From: an uncultured bacterium
GTDB taxonomy: Bacteria; Poribacteria; WGA-4E; JAJDTR01
Direction of reading: 5' to 3'
NCBI GenBank assembly: GCA_964478165.1
Contig: CAYZGU010000004.1
Span: 39,351 to 103,350 of the forward strand
DNA length: 64,000 bases
Part shown: in pieces, positions 9,605-19,506 of the stretch
How positions within the stretch are numbered: the stretch's first letter is position 1
Layout of the letters: the number at the start of each line of letters is the position of its first letter
The notes under the pieces: model-generated
What the model saw: only the letters and a program-made list of their open reading frames with translations
Told to the model about the DNA's origin: nothing
Database searches by the model: none
Made by a program: the position numbers and the translations under genes

Positions 9605-11572
9605 ATGGCAGCAGCAAGCAATTCGATGGGGACAATTTCTATGCCCGAAATGGTGTCCATCAGAGCGACAGAAACTTCACCACCGCCGGGGTGGGCACTC
9701 TTAGAACGCGAGTTGATTGGTGTCATGGAAGAAACTGCTCCACTCATGGTGAGAAAGTATGCTGAACCAGGCGGTGCGTTCCTTTTTGCGGATGACTTAG
9801 ATGATCTTTATGAAGCCTGCTACAACTGGGGACTGTTCTACGCAATGGGTGCTGATGCGAGTCTGCTTGATATGGCGCTAACGGCCTGGAATGCGTCCAC
9901 CCGCATCAGTGACGAAAATATCCTCCACCGTTCACACCCTCGATTTAAGCAAAGCGCTCACAGGGAATATTACGGTCTAACAAATCCTGGTGATGCGGAA
10001 TGGCACCATAAGGGTGAGGGTAATATGGCCTTTTACGACTTTGGCCTTGCTTGTCCGATAATTTCGGAAAACGTCCGGAGAGCGAAACAGTTTGCGGGCT
10101 GGTATATTGGAGAGGATCCCGAAGCTCCCAATTACGATCCACAGTTCAAAATCCTCCGTTCTCCAGCGCAAACAGGTCAAGGCCCCTGGCACAGTGCGAC
10201 GTTGCACCAGACTATGGCCTATCTGCAAGGAGGTCATCCGGGACTGCAGGTGCCGTGGGTGCCCAAGCCGATGGGAGTGCGGGCAAGCTTGTTTCCTGTG
10301 GTGACAGAATTAGAAACCGGTTGGTGGGAAGACCCGGCGCGGGCCGACGAAATTATTAAGCTGTTCAATGAAATCGTTCTGAACAGTGATTCGTCCAACA
10401 ATCTCGCTGCCACTGGGCTTGTCACCAATGCCTATCTTTATACCGGAGATGAACGGTATAAGAAGTGGGTTCTAGAATATACCGAAGCCTGGATGGACCG
10501 GACAAGCAAGAACAACGGAATTTTGCCTGACAACGTTGGACCGACGGGGAAAATTGGCGAGAATCGCCAAGGAAGTTGGTGGGGCGGCTTGTATGGTTGG
10601 AACCACTACCAGGGCATGAACATCATGTTCCACGGTCTCGTCACCGCGGTCGAATGTGCGGTGTTACTTAGCGGTGACTTGGGCTATCTGGATCTTCTGC
10701 GCTCACAGATTAAGCTGCTATTGGACAATGGGATTACACGTGACGACGGCCAACTTCTTACGCCTGTTCGATACGGACCTCATGGCTGGGAAGATCACCA
10801 GCCGATGCGGCTTCTCGAGATTAGCCACCTCTATCATGCGTCAATGTCGGCCGAAGATTACGAGCTGTTTTCTACGATTCGTGCTGGTGACGTCGAGCGT
10901 GATTGGAATCATGTCGAGGATTCGGGTGAAAAGAACACACAGTTGCGTGATGGTCATCAGAATATGGCGCGCTTCAATTACTATGACGGACAGAATCCAG
11001 GTTGGCCGGAAGAGATCTTGAAATCGGAATATCGCATGGCGATTGCAGCTTCAGAGCAGATTCGTTCCGAGACGCGCGATCCTGTAACATTGGTTGCAGA
11101 GAACGCGCATCCCCCTAATCCGGTTTTCACGAAGGGACTGACGCAGGTAATGTTTGGCGCGCCCCAATCCGTTTATAACGGTGGTCTGCTACGCGCAACT
11201 GTACGTTATTTCGACCAGGACCGTCTTCGACCGGGAATGCCGCCGGATGTTGCTGCGTTGGTGGATACGTTGAGGGTTGATGGCGCGGGAATTCAGCTGG
11301 TGAATCTGAGTACGACAGAGTCCAGGAACCTGATTGTGCAGGCCGGATCTTTTGGCGAACACCAGTTCACTGAGGCAAGGTTTCAAGAACTCAGTCAAGA
11401 GAGGGACGGATCGCCAGTCGAAAGAGTGATTCAGCTAGATAACAAGTATCTCTCCGTTCACCTCCCACCGTTGACCAACATCCGAGTGGAAGTTGGTATG
11501 CGACGCTTTGTGAATCGACCGAGTTACGCGTTCCCGTGGCACGGTGAGAAGATTCCCGTGCCGTTTCAATAA
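9605..11572 (+). CDS. uncharacterised PPxWALLERxLI family paralog 2
   Basis: AAGGAG RBS before ATG9605; same motif series as 5737..7686. Confidence 0.85.
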   Translation: MAAASNSMGTISMPEMVSIRATETSPPPGWALLERELIGVMEETAPLMVRKYAEPGGAFLFADDLDDLYEACYNWGLFYAMGADASLLDMALTAWNASTRISDENILHRSHPRFKQSAHREYYGLTNPGDAEWHHKGEGNMAFYDFGLACPIISENVRRAKQFAGWYIGEDPEAPNYDPQFKILRSPAQTGQGPWHSATLHQTMAYLQGGHPGLQVPWVPKPMGVRASLFPVVTELETGWWEDPARADEIIKLFNEIVLNSDSSNNLAATGLVTNAYLYTGDERYKKWVLEYTEAWMDRTSKNNGILPDNVGPTGKIGENRQGSWWGGLYGWNHYQGMNIMFHGLVTAVECAVLLSGDLGYLDLLRSQIKLLLDNGITRDDGQLLTPVRYGPHGWEDHQPMRLLEISHLYHASMSAEDYELFSTIRAGDVERDWNHVEDSGEKNTQLRDGHQNMARFNYYDGQNPGWPEEILKSEYRMAIAASEQIRSETRDPVTLVAENAHPPNPVFTKGLTQVMFGAPQSVYNGGLLRATVRYFDQDRLRPGMPPDVAALVDTLRVDGAGIQLVNLSTTESRNLIVQAGSFGEHQFTEARFQELSQERDGSPVERVIQLDNKYLSVHLPPLTNIRVEVGMRRFVNRPSYAFPWHGEKIPVPFQ

Positions 11573-12098
11573 GCTGTTCAATGGGTGGGATGGCGGTGAT
11601 AACAGTTTTCACAAGGCAAATGAGCAATTTGTCTGTCATTGGTTGTTTTGATTAAGTCGAGAGACTCCTGACATTGACTGGACCTCGATCAATTGGGAAT
11701 TCAGCAACAAAATGGATGCTTCTTCAGCCTGTATTAGGACGTCGTGTGAAGTGTGGGTGGGCTGGTTACCTAGATGGGATAGCGGGGTCGGTGTCAAAGG
11801 CACCTGGTGTCTAAAGTTGCCGAAGGGAAAATCAGGCCTGAATCCAATCGACTGCGAATGGATTGATAGGTCGACGTTTGTAAACGCGACCGGTGGGCTT
11901 GCAAAAATGGATGGGTGTAGGGCAACGTTGAATGTCGTCATGCCAATCTCACTAGTGCCGAACTGGCTGACGAGGAGATTGTGCGGTGCCAAGTGCCCAC
12001 GGTTTGAATGACAGAAGTTCTAGATCGGTATGATCTTTGCTATCACAATCTGATTTCATAAGGCTTTAGCTAAACTTTGACACGAACGGGAGGAAAAA

Positions 12099-14153
12099 AT
12101 GATGACTGAAAGTATTTCGAGTTGCAACGGTCCTGGGACCAGCATGGCACGTATCCAGGCAACCAAAGTCTCGGCACCGCCCGCGTGGGCGCTGATGGAG
12201 CGTCAGTTAATAAGTCTAATGGAAGAGGCGGCACCACTCGTGGTGAAGAAGTACACCGAGCCGGGTGGTGCGCTCTATATGGCGGAGGACTTTGACGATC
12301 TCTACGAACAGTTCTACAATTGGGGATTGTTCTACGCAATAGGCGGTAATCAGACGGTTCGCGATCTTGCGTTACAAGAATGGAATGCGACGACCCGCAT
12401 CAGTGACGACAGCTTTAACCATCGTCTTCGACACAACAATTTCAGTAAGGTATTCCGGCCGTCGGCGCATCATGAGTTTTGGAATCTTGAGCAGGCGGCT
12501 GAATGGCATCACCTCGGTGAAGGTAACATGGCATTTTACGATTTTGGCGTGGCTTGTCCAGGTATTTCGGAGAACTTGCGCCGTGCAAGGAGTTTCGCTG
12601 CCATGTTCATTGGCGAGGATTCAGAAGCGCCGAATTATGATTCCAAACACAAGATTCTTCGGTCTCCTTTCCACTCGAGCCAGGGACCGCTGCTGCATGG
12701 AGATGCTGAGATGGCGAATACCATGTTGCTTGCTGGGAGGTACCTGGGTGGAGAAGTGAATTACTATGGAGTGCGTGCAAGCCTGTATCCGATTGTCGAA
12801 GACCTTGAACTGGATTGGTACGAAGACCCGAAACGCAAGAAAGAGATTGTTGAATTGTTCGAGAAACTGGTCTTGCAGTGCGACACGCCCAACAGCCTTG
12901 GCGCCACTGCTCTGGTAACGAATGCTTACCTCTATACTGGGGAAGCAAAGTACAAAAATTGGGTTCTGGAGTACACCGAGGCCTGGATGGACCGGATGCG
13001 CCGTAACAATGGAATCATGCCGGATAATGTCGGTGCTTCCGGCGAGATTGGCGAGGGACGCAATGGCCTGTGGTGGGGTGGACAGTATGGGTGGAACCAC
13101 TATCAAGGGTTTAATATCATGTTTCACTCGTTGACCATTGCAGCAGAATGTGCGTTGTTACTTACTGGCGACTACGGGTATCTCGACTTGCTGCGTTCAC
13201 AGATTAAGCTCTTATTGGAGAAGTCAATCACCCGTGAAGATGGTCAGTTAATTATGCCGACGCGCTATGGGCCAAGTGGTTGGCAATATGACCCGCCCGT
13301 CGGCCGATCGAATGATGGCATTCTGCCTATGAGGGGTGTCTATACCGGTCCGATGCCATGGCGAATGCAAGAGTTAGCTCATCTATATCACGCTTCCATG
13401 TCTAGTGAAGATTATGAGCTCATATCGCAGATTAGGCAGGGCGAAGTCGAGCGTGATTGGAATGAGGTTGGCAATCGGGGTTCTGAGAAGAATGGTGGCG
13501 AAACCGAGTTTGCCCGCTTCCAGTACTACGACGGCAAAAATCCCAACTGGCCAGAGAAGATATTGAGTGCGGAGTACGAATGGGCGCTAGAGGCGTTCGA
13601 GCAGCTTCGGACCGATAATCGTAGTCCGGATGAGATTATCTCCTCGAACACGCCACCCCCACTGGCGATTCTAACGAAGGCGCTAACACAGGTCACGATG
13701 GGCGCGCCACAGTCGGTCTATAATGGTGGGCTTCTACGTGCAACGGTACGTTACTTTGATACGGAAAACTTACGGCCTGGTTTGCCAAGAGATGTAGCCG
13801 CTCTTGTTGACAAATTGGAACCTGAATGTGTCGGTCTTCAGCTTGCAAATGTTAGTACCACTGAGTCTCGAAATCTGGTTGTTCAGGCGGGGGCCTTTGG
13901 CGAGCACAGCTTTACCGAAATCCGATTCAAACAGAATAGCCAAGAAGGACTCGATGAGAGCCCATATCAGTGGATTCGAGGCGGAGGCTCACAAACTGAT
14001 GATAAAGTGGTGTCGGCAGACGGCAAGTACTTTGCAGTTCAGCTTCCTCCGTCGACTACCATTCGGCTAGAAGTCGGTGTGCGACGTTTCGAAAATCAGC
14101 CAAGTTACGCGTTCCCTTGGGATGGGGAAAAGATTCCCGTGGCGTTTCAATAA
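12099..14153 (+). CDS. uncharacterised PPxWALLERxLI family paralog 3
   Basis: GGAGG RBS; PPAWALMERQLI, HHLGEGN, TNAYLYTG, PDNVG, WWGGQYGW, YNGGLLRA. Confidence 0.85.
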   Translation: MMTESISSCNGPGTSMARIQATKVSAPPAWALMERQLISLMEEAAPLVVKKYTEPGGALYMAEDFDDLYEQFYNWGLFYAIGGNQTVRDLALQEWNATTRISDDSFNHRLRHNNFSKVFRPSAHHEFWNLEQAAEWHHLGEGNMAFYDFGVACPGISENLRRARSFAAMFIGEDSEAPNYDSKHKILRSPFHSSQGPLLHGDAEMANTMLLAGRYLGGEVNYYGVRASLYPIVEDLELDWYEDPKRKKEIVELFEKLVLQCDTPNSLGATALVTNAYLYTGEAKYKNWVLEYTEAWMDRMRRNNGIMPDNVGASGEIGEGRNGLWWGGQYGWNHYQGFNIMFHSLTIAAECALLLTGDYGYLDLLRSQIKLLLEKSITREDGQLIMPTRYGPSGWQYDPPVGRSNDGILPMRGVYTGPMPWRMQELAHLYHASMSSEDYELISQIRQGEVERDWNEVGNRGSEKNGGETEFARFQYYDGKNPNWPEKILSAEYEWALEAFEQLRTDNRSPDEIISSNTPPPLAILTKALTQVTMGAPQSVYNGGLLRATVRYFDTENLRPGLPRDVAALVDKLEPECVGLQLANVSTTESRNLVVQAGAFGEHSFTEIRFKQNSQEGLDESPYQWIRGGGSQTDDKVVSADGKYFAVQLPPSTTIRLEVGVRRFENQPSYAFPWDGEKIPVAFQ

Positions 14154-14255
14154 TCAATCTACGGTGACGATGAAGAGTATCGTTCGCGTTGAGCCCAACG
14201 AAACTGAGTCTGTGTGTTGAACTCAGTACGGAGACAAGATTCTGGGGGGAAGATA

Positions 14256-16268
14256 GTGGAAGAGTGCACTGCAAGAGACGGCGTCTCGAGTCCGGGAATG
14301 GTTGCTATTAAGGCGACCGACATCGTAGCCCCGCCAACATGGGCGCTTTTGGAGCGTAAATTGATAAGACTCATGGAGGAAGCCGCACCCTTGATGGTGA
14401 AGAAATATGCAGAACCGGGAGGGGTCTTATATTTTGTGGATGACTTGGATGACCTCTACGAGGTTTGTTACAACTGGGGGCTATTCTATGCGATTGGCGC
14501 CAACGACGAATTGCTTAATCTAGCGCTGCGGCAATGGAACGCCACGACCCGTTCGCGTGACGACCGCTTTATAAACCCCGCGCGTCCGAGGTTTAGAGCT
14601 CAGGTTCACAACGAATACTACAATCTACGTCAGCCGGACGATTGGCACCCCGGGAATCGCCTGTGTTCTGAGTGGCATCACATGGGCGAAGGGAACATGG
14701 CATTCTACGATTTTGGCGTGGCGTGCCCGACAGTTTCGGAGAACGTGCGTCGAGCGCGACGCTTTGCTGCAATGTTTATTGGAGAAGATTCCGAAGCTCA
14801 AAATTATGATTCCAAATACAAGATTCTCCGTTCCCCGATGCAGAGTAGTGAAGGACCATATCTAGAAGCAAATCTGATTCACGTTCAGCAATGGTTTCAT
14901 GGCTGGCACAAGGGGGCAATTGGGAAAATGCCCAAACCGATGGGTACGAGGGCGACGCTGTATCCAATTGTTGAAGATCTTCAACTAAATTGGATGGATG
15001 ATCCTAAGAGGGCAGATGAAATTGTAAGTCTATTTAACAAGGTTGTACTGAATGGAGATTCTGCTAATAACCTGGCGGCTACCGCTCTTGTTACCAATGC
15101 CTACCTCTATACTGGCGACGAAAAGTATAAAAGGTGGGTTTTAGAGTATGTTGAAGCTTGGATGGATCGGATTGAGCAGAACGGTGGTATTCTTCCTGAT
15201 AATGTCGGTCCGACCGGAAAAATCGGTGAGAACCGTGAAGGACAATGGTGGGGCGGTTTGTATGGTTGGAATCACTATCAAGGATTCAACATTATCTTTC
15301 ACGGACTCACCGTTGCTGCCGAATGTGCCCTACTTCTCACTGGGGATTATGGATATCTGAATCTTTTGCGCTCACAGATTAAGGTTCTGTTGGAGAACTC
15401 AGTTACCCGTGAAGACGGTCAGCTTCTTGTGCCAACACGGTATGGCCCCAAAGGCTGGCATGAAGCTGCTCCAATGCCGTTTCGATTTACAGGACCGCAA
15501 CCGATGCGAATGCAAGAGTTAGCTCATCTATATCATGCATCGATGTCAGCTGAAGATTATGAACTTATTGTGCAGGTTCGGGATGCCGAGATTGACCGCG
15601 ATTGGAACGCTGTTCCAAGTGAAGGGGAGAAGAACGGTGGTGCGACAGAATTCGCCCGATTTCAGTACTATGACCATCAAAATTCGGATTGGCCTGACAA
15701 GATATTGCAGTCTGAGTACCGGATGGCACTGGCTGCATATGAGCACATTCGCTCGGACGCGCGTGATGTTGCGACATTGATTGCGGAAAATGCGCATCCA
15801 CATAACCCCATCTTCACCAAAGGTTTGACCCAGTTAACGCTTGGCGCGCCACAGTCAGTCTACAATGGTGGTCTTCTTCGAGCAACGGTGCGCTATTTCG
15901 ACGCAGATCGGAATCGACCAGGTCTTCCACAAGACGTGGCTGCTCTTGTGGACAAGTTGGGAGAAGATTGCGCGGGAATCCAGCTTGTTAACCTCAGTCG
16001 ATCCGAATGCCGAAACCTTATAGTCAGCGCAGGTGCCTTTGGGGAACACCAGTTTACTGGATTACGAATTCAACCTGCGGTCGATCGTAAAGCGAGTGAG
16101 AATGCGCACACAAATGAACGGAGGGTTCCGGTGGACGATAGATTTTTCGCGGTTCAATTGCCTCCGTCGTCGAGCATTCGGGTAGAGGTTGGTATGCGAC
16201 GTTTCGTGAATCAGCCGAGCTACGATTTTCCGTGGCACGGCAATAGTGTTTCGGTGGGATTTCAGTGA
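14256..16268 (+). CDS. uncharacterised PPxWALLERxLI family paralog 4
   Basis: Same motifs; start uncertain (ORF open from 14214, GTG14256 follows GGGGGAAG, ATG14298 also possible). Confidence 0.85.
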   Translation: MEECTARDGVSSPGMVAIKATDIVAPPTWALLERKLIRLMEEAAPLMVKKYAEPGGVLYFVDDLDDLYEVCYNWGLFYAIGANDELLNLALRQWNATTRSRDDRFINPARPRFRAQVHNEYYNLRQPDDWHPGNRLCSEWHHMGEGNMAFYDFGVACPTVSENVRRARRFAAMFIGEDSEAQNYDSKYKILRSPMQSSEGPYLEANLIHVQQWFHGWHKGAIGKMPKPMGTRATLYPIVEDLQLNWMDDPKRADEIVSLFNKVVLNGDSANNLAATALVTNAYLYTGDEKYKRWVLEYVEAWMDRIEQNGGILPDNVGPTGKIGENREGQWWGGLYGWNHYQGFNIIFHGLTVAAECALLLTGDYGYLNLLRSQIKVLLENSVTREDGQLLVPTRYGPKGWHEAAPMPFRFTGPQPMRMQELAHLYHASMSAEDYELIVQVRDAEIDRDWNAVPSEGEKNGGATEFARFQYYDHQNSDWPDKILQSEYRMALAAYEHIRSDARDVATLIAENAHPHNPIFTKGLTQLTLGAPQSVYNGGLLRATVRYFDADRNRPGLPQDVAALVDKLGEDCAGIQLVNLSRSECRNLIVSAGAFGEHQFTGLRIQPAVDRKASENAHTNERRVPVDDRFFAVQLPPSSSIRVEVGMRRFVNQPSYDFPWHGNSVSVGFQ

Positions 16269-16324
16269 CAGTCAGGAAGTAATGCAACTTCACAGAACTA
16301 TATTTTAACCATAGGAAGGAGTAT

Positions 16325-17452
16325 TTGAGCTTGGCAAAATATCGAGTAGGTATGATTGGCGGTGGGCGTAAAGGTACACAGCATGCCCGCGCCTATGCCC
16401 TTAACCCATTAACCGAAGTCGTGGCGATTGCCGACACCGACGCCGAAAATTTAGAGCTGTTCTGCGGACGGTTTAACGTGCCAGGCTACAGCGATTATAA
16501 GGAAATGCTTCATAAGGAGGAGATAGACATTGCGGCGCCGATCTTGCCGGTGGGCCCTAATCCCTCGGTAGTAATCGGTTGTGCGGAATCCGGTGTGAAG
16601 GCAATTCTGTGTGAGAAACCGCTTTCTGCAACACTAGAGGATGCTGATCGCATGGTGGAAGCTTGTCGGTCTCGGGGAATCAAGTTCGGAGCTGGGGATA
16701 TGGATCGGAACTTGCCCGCGTATTGGAAAGCCCGTGAGTTTATTGAATCAGGCGAAATTGGCGAAGTTCAAAGCATAAGTGTCAGTGGTGGAAGCGGATC
16801 CGAGATGTCGGGCGGAGGATGCCAGCGGTTTAGTCTTTTGCGCATGTTTGCAGGAGATGCTGATGTTGCTTGGGTCATAGGTTGGGTGGCTGACGATCCG
16901 GTAAGTGATCACGATCAGGGGGGAGCAGGGTACATTCGTTTTGTTAATGGTGTAGAGGGATTCATCCATCGTGAACCTGATGCCAGAGGCGCTGGATTTG
17001 AGGTGTTGTGTAGTCGTGGCGTCTTTCGCAGCAGCGGTGGGTTTGTGACACTTTGGAAGGCAGAGGATGGTGTTGAGCGGCCTACATGGGGGGAGCTAAA
17101 GCAGGTAGCGGACGTTCTCCCTGAAGCCGATGTTCTCGGAAGGCGCAGTGTTGAATACGATGACGATGGTTGGCGCTGGCCGGGAGACCGAAACATGGCT
17201 AGTGTGCAGTCAATCGTTGATGCACTTGAAATGGACACTGAACCTAGGAGCAGTGGGGATAACGGTCGAAAAGTATTGGAGATTGCAATTGCGATACGCG
17301 AGTCTCACCGCAGAGGGCATTCACCAGTAAAACTACCCCTTGTCAATCGGGATCTAAGGCTTTTTGCAAAGAATTGGCGTATGGAGAACAAGAAGCCTCT
17401 ATTTGGCAGGGAAAAGTACATGTCCCAGGTCGCTGGGCATAAACGAGATTAA
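16325..17452 (+). CDS. Gfo/Idh/MocA family oxidoreductase (GxGRKGT subfamily)
   Basis: IGGGRKGTQHA Rossmann motif, CEKP motif, LEIAIAIRES C-terminal helix; TTG start after AGGAAGGA. Confidence 0.9.
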   Translation: MSLAKYRVGMIGGGRKGTQHARAYALNPLTEVVAIADTDAENLELFCGRFNVPGYSDYKEMLHKEEIDIAAPILPVGPNPSVVIGCAESGVKAILCEKPLSATLEDADRMVEACRSRGIKFGAGDMDRNLPAYWKAREFIESGEIGEVQSISVSGGSGSEMSGGGCQRFSLLRMFAGDADVAWVIGWVADDPVSDHDQGGAGYIRFVNGVEGFIHREPDARGAGFEVLCSRGVFRSSGGFVTLWKAEDGVERPTWGELKQVADVLPEADVLGRRSVEYDDDGWRWPGDRNMASVQSIVDALEMDTEPRSSGDNGRKVLEIAIAIRESHRRGHSPVKLPLVNRDLRLFAKNWRMENKKPLFGREKYMSQVAGHKRD

Positions 17453-17494
17453 GGGACGTTTTTTACCGCCAATCCTTTGTGATTAGGAGACGTC

Positions 17495-18171
17495 ATGAAT
17501 CTCATTTGTGTTGGTTGTGAGTATACGGATGAGTCGATGATAGCTGCGGAGGTTATGGAATGGGCTGAAAATACAGTGAGTGGTACCAGTCATTTCCATG
17601 CCCACTTTGCTCTGTCTTCGAGCCAGTTAACAGCTCCAGCCCAGGACTCGCTGCTCACCCTTGATCCCTAGGCCGTAGAAATGTTGCAGCGATACACGAT
17701 TGAGTATCATCTCTCAGATGGGTTTTACAGCAATCTCGATCATAACCTAATGGGATTCGTCATCGAGGAAGCGGTCTATGCTGCACTTTACTACGCATAC
17801 GGAGGAAAAGGCAGCGGGGCACCGTGTTGAAGTTCCGAAGCAGCGGACTGAAATGGTACGACGGCTAGAAGAGAAGATACTTGAGCGAGCACCTGGCACG
17901 GTACTTGTACTCTTCAAGGCTGCCCCAGAGGTGTTAGCAAAAAGAATGAAAGAAAAGTCCCATACCCATCAAATCGTGCGAGAAATAGACATTCACCATG
18001 TCCTAAAAGAGGTTTTCCGAGGAATTTGATGCGTCCTTGATACAGAGGCGAATGGTTCTGGATACGATGTCAGCAACCGTAACGGAAACCTTGGCGGAGT
18101 TTGTAAAAAAATACGAGCCCTACCATACGGATGCCGATTTGGTTCGGATACACAACTATCAATCAGCCTAG
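17495..18171 (+). pseudogene. degraded P-loop (nucleoside/nucleotide kinase-like) gene
   Basis: AGGAG RBS, ATG17495; MNLICVGCEYTDES resembles a decayed GxxxxGKS; in-frame TAG 17669 and TGA 17828, two frameshifts; later VLVLFKAAPEVLAKRM and MVLDT are kinase-like. Confidence 0.65.
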
Positions 18172-18224
18172 ATGGAAGTGCGATTCTGTACTAAAGTCGA
18201 GCACATGATGGAAAGGAAATGGTT

Positions 18225-19442
18225 ATGAAAATTACCGATATTGAAGCAATTCCAATTTACCCGCGTATTGCCGCACGCAACGAAGGATTTCAGGCGCGAT
18301 TCAACGGCATCAATCACCGCACAGCTTTCAAGGTGCGCACGGACAATGGACTCGTTGGCTATGGAGACTATCGTTGTCCTCCACCATCCCAATCCGAAAT
18401 TGAGCCGCTAATTGGTGCGAATCCCTTTAACTTTATCAATAACAACCTGAACGCAGGGCTGTGCGGTGCTCTGTATGACGTAATGGGAAAACACCTGGAA
18501 GTGCCTGCCTATAAGCTTATGGGCCAAAAGGTGCGAGACGCGGTTTCTGTCGCTGCCTGGACAAGACCGGCGTCACCGGACGATTTTCGCGACGAAGTTG
18601 CTCGAGCAGTTTCTCAGGGATACATGAATTTCAAGATGCACACCTGTGAATATTACGATGTAATCGAACAGACCCGTGCAGCTCAAGAGGTCGCGCCCGA
18701 AGGTTTCAAGATTCAGTACGACTTCAACTCCAACCGCAGCCTGGGAGCGGTGCTCCCACTTGTTCGCGAACTAGAAAAATTCCCTGTTGTTGGCTACATT
18801 GAAGACCCTATTGTGCGCCACGATATTGATAGTTGGCGGAAGTTGAGAGAACAGAGTCGTATTCCTATTGTGATGCACGTTCCGCAGCTAGGTGGTGCTA
18901 TGGAGGTGATTCACGGTCTTGCCGATGCATATATGATCGGCGAATCGGGTGTCGGTGATGCGCTGGCTCGAGGTTTTGTCTACGCGAAGGCGAACCTTCA
19001 AACGATTATACAACTAACGGGTGGTACGCTCACAAAGGCCTTGGCTTTGCACATGGGAGCGGTATTGCCGACGATGACTGGGCATTCACTGAATATTGAT
19101 GACCAATATGAGGAGGACATCACCATCGAGCGAATTCCGATTGTTGAGGGAGCGTCACCCGTTCCAGAAGGTCCGGGGCTGGGTTATGAAGTGGATGAAG
19201 ATGCTCTAGCACGGGCAGCCGCAAATAAACCGACAGAACTTTCCAGACATGTGGGTATTCTCTCTTTTTCCAGTGGTCGAAAGCTCTATACCCCCTCGTT
19301 TCCATCCGTTACACAGATCACCGGCTGCGAAGAAGGAACGATTCGGGGCGTCAATTTCAAGTTATGGGATGACGATGGTTCCCAGGAATTCGAGCGGATC
19401 TACGCGCAGGTGCGACGAGAAGGGACGATTCCCGTAGTCTGA
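18225..19442 (+). CDS. mandelate racemase/muconate lactonizing (enolase superfamily) enzyme, K-x-H subfamily
   Basis: MKITDIE, VRTDNGLVGYG, ALYDVMGK..VPAYKLMG, YDFN, IEDP, PEGPGLGYEVDE. Confidence 0.9.
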   Translation: MKITDIEAIPIYPRIAARNEGFQARFNGINHRTAFKVRTDNGLVGYGDYRCPPPSQSEIEPLIGANPFNFINNNLNAGLCGALYDVMGKHLEVPAYKLMGQKVRDAVSVAAWTRPASPDDFRDEVARAVSQGYMNFKMHTCEYYDVIEQTRAAQEVAPEGFKIQYDFNSNRSLGAVLPLVRELEKFPVVGYIEDPIVRHDIDSWRKLREQSRIPIVMHVPQLGGAMEVIHGLADAYMIGESGVGDALARGFVYAKANLQTIIQLTGGTLTKALALHMGAVLPTMTGHSLNIDDQYEEDITIERIPIVEGASPVPEGPGLGYEVDEDALARAAANKPTELSRHVGILSFSSGRKLYTPSFPSVTQITGCEEGTIRGVNFKLWDDDGSQEFERIYAQVRREGTIPVV

Positions 19443-19506
19443 GAAGTTCCAGGTCTTTGATCAGTCTCTGAGTTTCATTGAATTCGAATTGAAAGGAGTA
19501 TTTCAC

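Noticed and set aside
11636-12011. Overlapping ORFs 11636..11992 (-) and 11712..12011 (+) between paralogs 2 and 3
   Set aside because: No recognisable family or RBS, atypical composition
7618-16240. Recurrent GGT(A/G)TGCGACG.. nucleotide motif near four gene ends
   Set aside because: Explained by the conserved GMRRFVNxPSY protein motif; third positions vary; not a DGR or CRISPR repeat and no reverse transcriptase present
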